A stretch of 64,000 bases of DNA from an archaeon (lineage in GTDB: Archaea; Aenigmatarchaeota; Aenigmatarchaeia; GW2011-AR5): the NCBI GenBank assembly GCA_028279825.1, contig JANQNA010000008.1, forward strand, positions 35,173 through 99,172, in the 5' to 3' direction. The notes below the pieces were generated by a model. It was not told the DNA's origin, searched no databases, and was given only the letters and a program-made list of their open reading frames with translations. Positions 59,083-64,000 of this stretch are shown one piece after another. Position numbers and translations under genes: made by a program. Within the stretch, counting starts at the first letter, position 1. Each line of letters begins with the position of its first letter.

Positions 59083-59586
59083 ATGATCAAGACGAAAGAC
59101 TTTGTTCTAAGATCTATAACACTTTCAAAGAAAGATATTCAGGGATACTTAGAGTGTCATTTAGACAAGGACGCTCAAAGGAATTTTACCAATGCACCAC
59201 GCACCCTCACGGAAGCTAAATCAGAAATCAAAAAGAATATGATTCTCCCTCACTATCTGGCCGTAGAAATAGACGGCCGATTTGCTGGTTTTGTCCACTT
59301 AGAGCTGAATAAGAACCCTAAATACAAGCATTCTGCTGTGATCGGTTTTGGTTTACATAAGGATTTCAGGGGTAGAGGATTAGGAACTAAAGTCGTTAAG
59401 ACCGCCACTAATTATGGTTTTCGAAAGCTCAAGCTTGTTAGAATTTCTGGTTTGTGTCGGCCGTTCAACAAAGCGTCCATAAGAGTTCTAGAAAAATCTG
59501 GTTACAAATTAGAAGGCGTTCTCAAAAAGAGCAAATTCATAAACGGAAAATACCTCGATGACATGATATGGGCTAAAGTACGATAA
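59083..59586 (+). CDS. GNAT acetyltransferase (RimJ/RimL-like)
   Basis: FRGRGLGT, NKASIRVLEKSGYKLEG. Confidence 0.9.
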   Translation: MIKTKDFVLRSITLSKKDIQGYLECHLDKDAQRNFTNAPRTLTEAKSEIKKNMILPHYLAVEIDGRFAGFVHLELNKNPKYKHSAVIGFGLHKDFRGRGLGTKVVKTATNYGFRKLKLVRISGLCRPFNKASIRVLEKSGYKLEGVLKKSKFINGKYLDDMIWAKVR

Positions 59587-59624
59587 ATACTAAGGTTTTT
59601 ATCGGTTTTGTATAGTGTATACGC

Positions 59625-59822
59625 ATGGCGTTGCTTGAGAATGGCAAGAAGAAAGACAAGAGATGCCACGTCTGCGGAAAGATCATTCATGATCTAGACG
59701 AAGAGCTGTGCCATAGAAAACGTCCGGAAATATACCCAAACAAGCTGGGAAAGGTCCTTTCAGGCGTCATGCTTTTGGTCATTGCTTTCATGGTTTTGAG
59801 CTATTTCTGGCCTGTTGTGTAA
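59625..59822 (+). CDS. small zinc-knuckle membrane protein
   Basis: CHVCG...CH plus C-terminal TM helix. Confidence 0.55.
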   Translation: MALLENGKKKDKRCHVCGKIIHDLDEELCHRKRPEIYPNKLGKVLSGVMLLVIAFMVLSYFWPVV

Positions 59823-59854
59823 TCTATATTTACTAGCTAGACTAATAACATTTT

Positions 59855-61078
59855 ATGTGTCTAGAAGATACAAACAGGGCTCTGAAAAACGTGAGAAATG
59901 TTTTCATGGCGTTCAACTGCAATATTGACAATATTGTTAAAGTCAGAAACCAGGACTTTCCTGAGGATATAGAAAAGGGTATACTTTATTCTATGAGGTA
60001 TGGTGCTTCTGAAAGTGTTATGAGCAAAGAAACAGAGGATTCGCTAAAGCGAATCCGTCCGGATGAGCAACGAATGGGCGGGCAGATAGGGATAATGGCC
60101 AACTTTCTGGCGATGCTGGGGCTGCGCCCCATAGTTTACACACCGCTGCACTCCACACAGCAGAATAAACTTTTTTCCAAAGGAATCAGGCTTATAGGCC
60201 CAAAAAACATGAAAGACAAAAAGATAAACTGGATCTTCGAGTTTGAAAAGGGTCAAATCTTTCATCGTGTAAAGGCTCGCACAACAAACAGGTTTATAGC
60301 TGCTTCGCGCCCGGACAAATTCAGGATGAAGCCAATAAAGCTTCCCGATAAATATGACTGTGCAATTCTTTCAGGGTTTCATGGGATTAAACCCCGCTAC
60401 AGGGACGGCAGAACTCACAGTGACCAGTTCAAGATAGCTGCCAGAATGATAGAGAAGATAAAAAGGAAGAAGAAACCTATACATCTGGAGATTGCGTATA
60501 CGAAAAACAAGAAGATAATGAACGGGATACTGAGGTTGGCTAAGTCTGTAGACAGTATTGGTTTAGACGTTCCGGAGCTTGTCAACATACTGAACTCAAC
60601 AGGCGACAAAGGACTGGCCAGGGCAATACACACAACACGTGACGTAAGATACGTTTACGATGGTCTGAAGAAGATGCAAAAGAGAATCAAAACAAAAAAG
60701 ATACACATACATGCATATGGATATTACATAGCTCTGGCAAAGGAAGACTATCACATAAAGCCTACAGAGATTAGGAAATCTATGCGTTTCGCGTCCATAG
60801 TTGCAGCTGCCAAAGCCGGTCATGGACTAAAATCCAAAAACGGTATTAAGAAGGGTTTGAACTATCCGGTTTCCGGCATAGGAGAGAAAAGCGGCAGAAT
60901 TCTGAGGGAACATCTTCGCAGGAGGGGTATTGAAATGGAAGACGGGATCGCCAGAGATAAAGATTATGTTATATTTGTACCGATACCCCTGGTGAAACGC
61001 GTGAAAGGTACTGTGGGTCTGGGAGACATTATTTCTTCCAGCATATTTACTGCGGAAGTGGGCTATTCATTGGAATAA
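59855..61078 (+). CDS. ADP-dependent phosphofructokinase/glucokinase
   Basis: NCNID, RMGGQIGIMAN, INWIFEF, NRFIAASR, TVGLGD.ISS. Confidence 0.9.
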   Translation: MCLEDTNRALKNVRNVFMAFNCNIDNIVKVRNQDFPEDIEKGILYSMRYGASESVMSKETEDSLKRIRPDEQRMGGQIGIMANFLAMLGLRPIVYTPLHSTQQNKLFSKGIRLIGPKNMKDKKINWIFEFEKGQIFHRVKARTTNRFIAASRPDKFRMKPIKLPDKYDCAILSGFHGIKPRYRDGRTHSDQFKIAARMIEKIKRKKKPIHLEIAYTKNKKIMNGILRLAKSVDSIGLDVPELVNILNSTGDKGLARAIHTTRDVRYVYDGLKKMQKRIKTKKIHIHAYGYYIALAKEDYHIKPTEIRKSMRFASIVAAAKAGHGLKSKNGIKKGLNYPVSGIGEKSGRILREHLRRRGIEMEDGIARDKDYVIFVPIPLVKRVKGTVGLGDIISSSIFTAEVGYSLE

Positions 61079-61380
61079 ATTAATTTTGAGAAACAGGCTC
61101 TCTTCTTAACCAAGCTTTAGAATTACCAACTGCACTGAAAACAATAAAAGGATACATTAGCGTTGCTGCGGTTGCCTCTTTATAGTTTCCTTCTTTCCAA
61201 AGACCGATGATCATTCCGCCAACTTCATTGAGAGAAGCACCTATCTCAGTTTGATATGTCATATCACTTAAATGTCTATCAAATACTTTGTATCGTCCAC
61301 TTTTATTTGGTCTGAACATAGGATTAACAGTATTGAAAACATATTTAAAGCATGGCGGAAGTGGGCTATTCATTGGAATA
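61052..61380 (+). repeat. 26-bp direct repeat of the kinase 3' end flanking a 277-bp insert
   Basis: GCGGAAGTGGGCTATTCATTGGAATA at 61052-61077 and 61355-61380. Confidence 0.9.
61080..61319 (-). CDS. 79-aa hypothetical protein inside the duplicated-target insert
   Basis: ATG at 61319 with TTTAAATA box about 22-30 nt upstream. Confidence 0.55.
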   Translation of the reverse strand: MFRPNKSGRYKVFDRHLSDMTYQTEIGASLNEVGGMIIGLWKEGNYKEATAATLMYPFIVFSAVGNSKAWLRREPVSQN

Positions 61381-61412
61381 GCTATATATACGAACCTGGA
61401 AAATTAGTTATT

Positions 61413-62279
61413 ATGCTTGTTAAAGGTGCAAGCGTACTCAAGGCTGCTAAAAAAGGCAAGTATGCTGTGGGCGCATTCAATATAAACGATCTGGAGATGC
61501 TGAAAGCTGTTACTGTGGCGTGTGTTGAAGAAAAAGCTCCAGTCATAATACAAACTACTGAGAAAGCTATCAAATATGCCGGCATTGACTATCTTGTCGG
61601 CATGACACGTGTGGCTGCTACGGAAGATATTCCAATGGCTCTGCATTTTGATCACGGAAAGGATCTAAATCTCATGAAACAATGCATAAAGAAGGGTTAC
61701 ACTTCTGTCATGTTTGACGGATCTAAGCTTCCATTCAAAAAGAATATTGCTCAAACGAAGAAAGTTGTTGCCATGGCCAAAGGCAAAGCTTCAGTGGAGG
61801 CGGAACTTGGTGTGATATTTGGCAAGGAAGATTCTGTCAGCGCTTCGAAAGGACTTTATACAGATCCAAAGATGGCCAAAGAATTCGTGAAGAAGACAAA
61901 AATAGACAGTCTGGCTGTGGCTATTGGAACCAAACACGGGCTTAGTAAAAAAGAAATTGCACTTGGAAAGAAGAAAGGTCACCTAAAGCTTAGATTTGAT
62001 ATTCTGAAAGAAATACATGAAGACGTTAACGTGCCGCTGGTTCTGCATGGTGGATCTGATGTTCCTCATTCAGATATCAAAAAATGTATTAAGCTCGGTA
62101 TCTGTAAGGTGAATATAGACACAGATCTGCGGGTTGCTTTCACTGATTTTGTGAAGAAATTTTCTAAGGAACATCCTGATGTTTATGATCCAAGAGAGTT
62201 TCTGGGTCCCACGGTTCATGCAATGAAGAATGTTGTCAAAATAAAGGTGAGGGAATTTGGCGCGACTCAGAAAGCGTAG
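61413..62279 (+). CDS. fba: class II fructose-bisphosphate aldolase
   Basis: YAVGAFN, LHFDHG, SVMFDGS, VEAELG, LVLHGGS, KVNIDTD. Confidence 0.93.
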   Translation: MLVKGASVLKAAKKGKYAVGAFNINDLEMLKAVTVACVEEKAPVIIQTTEKAIKYAGIDYLVGMTRVAATEDIPMALHFDHGKDLNLMKQCIKKGYTSVMFDGSKLPFKKNIAQTKKVVAMAKGKASVEAELGVIFGKEDSVSASKGLYTDPKMAKEFVKKTKIDSLAVAIGTKHGLSKKEIALGKKKGHLKLRFDILKEIHEDVNVPLVLHGGSDVPHSDIKKCIKLGICKVNIDTDLRVAFTDFVKKFSKEHPDVYDPREFLGPTVHAMKNVVKIKVREFGATQKA

Positions 62280-62925
62280 TGCTGTTGTGAATTTCAAGAC
62301 TTACAAGAAAGGTACTGGAAGGAGTGCACTTCGTCTTGCAAAAAAACTTTCTAAGGTTTCTAAAAACAACGTGATACTTGCCGTACAAATTGCTGATTTG
62401 TATAGATTGCATAAAATGAAAGTACCTGTTTTTACACAGCATATTGACCCGATAAAATACGGTGCATTCACCGGGCATGACCTTGGCGAGGCACTGAGGG
62501 ATAACGGCGCTGACGGTGTCCTGATAAATCATTCAGAGGACAGAATGCTGCCTAGAGACATAAAAGAAACGATAAAAATTGCGCATAGATTAAAGCTGAA
62601 AACAATTGTTTGTATTGACAAACCAAAACTTGCCAAGCGCGTGGCAAGAATGAAACCTGATATAATTGCTATTGAGCCGCCTGAGCTTATAGGAACGGGT
62701 ATATCTGTGTCAAAGACAAAACCGGAAGTTGTTACAAAAACTGTGAAAGCAGTAAAATCCGTGAACAAAAAAATAGATGTGCTGTGCGGTGCAGGAATAT
62801 CTACGAAGGAAGACGTGAAAAAAGCAATAAGACTCGGATGCAAAGGTGTATTAGTGTCTTCAGCCATAGTTAATCATAGAGAACCTGAAAGACTGCTTAA
62901 ATCATTTTTGAGGGCGATGAAATGA
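62257..62925 (+). CDS. tpiA: triosephosphate isomerase (archaeal type)
   Basis: VNFKTY, LINHSE, AIEPPELIGTG, LCGAGI. Confidence 0.95.
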   Translation: MARLRKRSAVVNFKTYKKGTGRSALRLAKKLSKVSKNNVILAVQIADLYRLHKMKVPVFTQHIDPIKYGAFTGHDLGEALRDNGADGVLINHSEDRMLPRDIKETIKIAHRLKLKTIVCIDKPKLAKRVARMKPDIIAIEPPELIGTGISVSKTKPEVVTKTVKAVKSVNKKIDVLCGAGISTKEDVKKAIRLGCKGVLVSSAIVNHREPERLLKSFLRAMK

Positions 62926-63827
62926 ATGTAAGAGAAATGCTGGAGAATATTCCTGGCGGTATAGAAGAAACGATAAAGAAAAAAGCACCGAAGATATCCG
63001 GCAGAATAGACAATATAGTTGTATGCGGAATGGGTGCATCAGGCATAAGCGGTGACGTACTTAGAGACTACCTGAAATACGAATCGAAGATACCTGTCAT
63101 AGTTTCCAGAGCTACCAAACTTCCTAAATTCGTTGGGAAAAATACACTGGTTTTTGCAATAACATATTCTGGCAAGACAGAAGAGACACTGTCTTCCATA
63201 AAAGACGCTAAAAGGAAAAGGGCCAAGCTTGTTGTTATATCGTCTAAAAAGATGGGTGGCAAATCTATACTTGTTCCTAAAGGTCTTTTACCAAGAATGG
63301 GATTACCATACCTGTTCTTCTCAATTCTAATGGTACTGGAAAAATCAAAGATTGTCAAAAGACAGGCTTCGTATGTAAAGGAAACGATAAAGGTAATGAA
63401 AAAACTTGACAAAGCAAAGGTAAAACAAATGGCGGATAAAATAAACAAGACACCGATCTTCTATGCACCGGAACATTTTGCATGTGTTGTGACAAGAATG
63501 ATGACACAGGTAAACGAAAACGCCAAGATGGTTTCGCACTATGGTGTGTTCACAGAACTGAATCATAATGAAATCGAGTCAAAAGATTTCAACAAGTTCA
63601 ATGTTGTTATTCTTCGGGATCGTGAAGATAAAGAAACGCAAAGATTCATCAAACTTGCAAAGCACATAATCGGCAGACATATAGAAATAAAGTCAAAAGG
63701 AAACTCACTGATGGCCAGAATGTTTTACATGATCTACTTCTGTGACTGGATAAGTTACTTTTTGGCTTTGAGAAGAGGAACAGATCCACTGAAGATGCCT
63801 GCAATAGATTACATCAAGACCCATTAA
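62922..63827 (+). CDS. bifunctional phosphoglucose/phosphomannose isomerase
   Basis: GMGASGISG, YSGKTEETL, PRMG, NENAK, ELNHNE. Confidence 0.9.
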   Translation: MNVREMLENIPGGIEETIKKKAPKISGRIDNIVVCGMGASGISGDVLRDYLKYESKIPVIVSRATKLPKFVGKNTLVFAITYSGKTEETLSSIKDAKRKRAKLVVISSKKMGGKSILVPKGLLPRMGLPYLFFSILMVLEKSKIVKRQASYVKETIKVMKKLDKAKVKQMADKINKTPIFYAPEHFACVVTRMMTQVNENAKMVSHYGVFTELNHNEIESKDFNKFNVVILRDREDKETQRFIKLAKHIIGRHIEIKSKGNSLMARMFYMIYFCDWISYFLALRRGTDPLKMPAIDYIKTH

Positions 63828-64000
63828 AGAACTTTGCTTAAAAGCCTAACCCAGTTTCTTATCTGTGTTGTAATCAGAAAGTTATCTTCGACGAGTTTTT
63901 TACCGTTCTTGCCCATTTTTGATCTTATCTTATCGTTGAGCAGTAATTTCTTTGTTACTTTCGCCGTTTCTTTAATGTTTACCGGGTTTACCAGATAACC
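63824..64000 (-). CDS. GT4 glycosyltransferase C-terminus (TreT-like), partial
   Basis: GYLVNP..ETAK...LL....RSKMGKNGKKLVEDNFLIT; runs off the window edge. Confidence 0.7.
   Translation of the reverse strand, partial: GYLVNPVNIKETAKVTKKLLLNDKIRSKMGKNGKKLVEDNFLITTQIRNWVRLLSKVL

Noticed and set aside
61272-61412. N-terminal extension of the aldolase
   Set aside because: Runs through the inserted cassette and duplicated repeat; ATG 61413 follows a TATA box and matches the family start.

Overview
Gene-dense archaeal chromosome segment. PCNA, archaeal TPI, ADP-dependent sugar kinase, archease/RtcB, GGTGA ribosome-binding sites, TATA boxes about 25 nt before start codons and an intron-containing tRNA-Trp mark it as archaeal. 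Compactness and gene repertoire suggest a DPANN lineage (inference). Core content: a PadR-sufCBDS-DUF1284-sufU Fe-S operon with iron-related neighbours, archease and rtcB, peroxiredoxin, PPDK, a histone-fold/SWIB/SepF cluster, RNase HIII-like, Nth, pyrG, RPA-like OB protein plus PCNA, GH15, radical SAM, ftsZ, a glycolytic cluster, tRNA-Trp(CCA, intron) and tRNA-Thr(UGU). Many short orphan ORFs are wedged between core genes. Best leads: (1) a bulge-helix-bulge-like splice motif in the 5' leader of rtcB, suggesting splicing-based autoregulation of the tRNA ligase; (2) an unexplained, heavily structured ~510-nt RNA-like region after ftsZ; (3) promoter+ORF mini-cassettes flanked by 13-26 bp duplications of gene 3' ends; (4) a RelA/SpoT-like two-gene module; (5) a LAGLIDADG gene whose stop codon lies inside tRNA-Trp; (6) several microproteins missed by the ORF track. 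All calls come from reading motifs by eye; no searches or folding programs were run.
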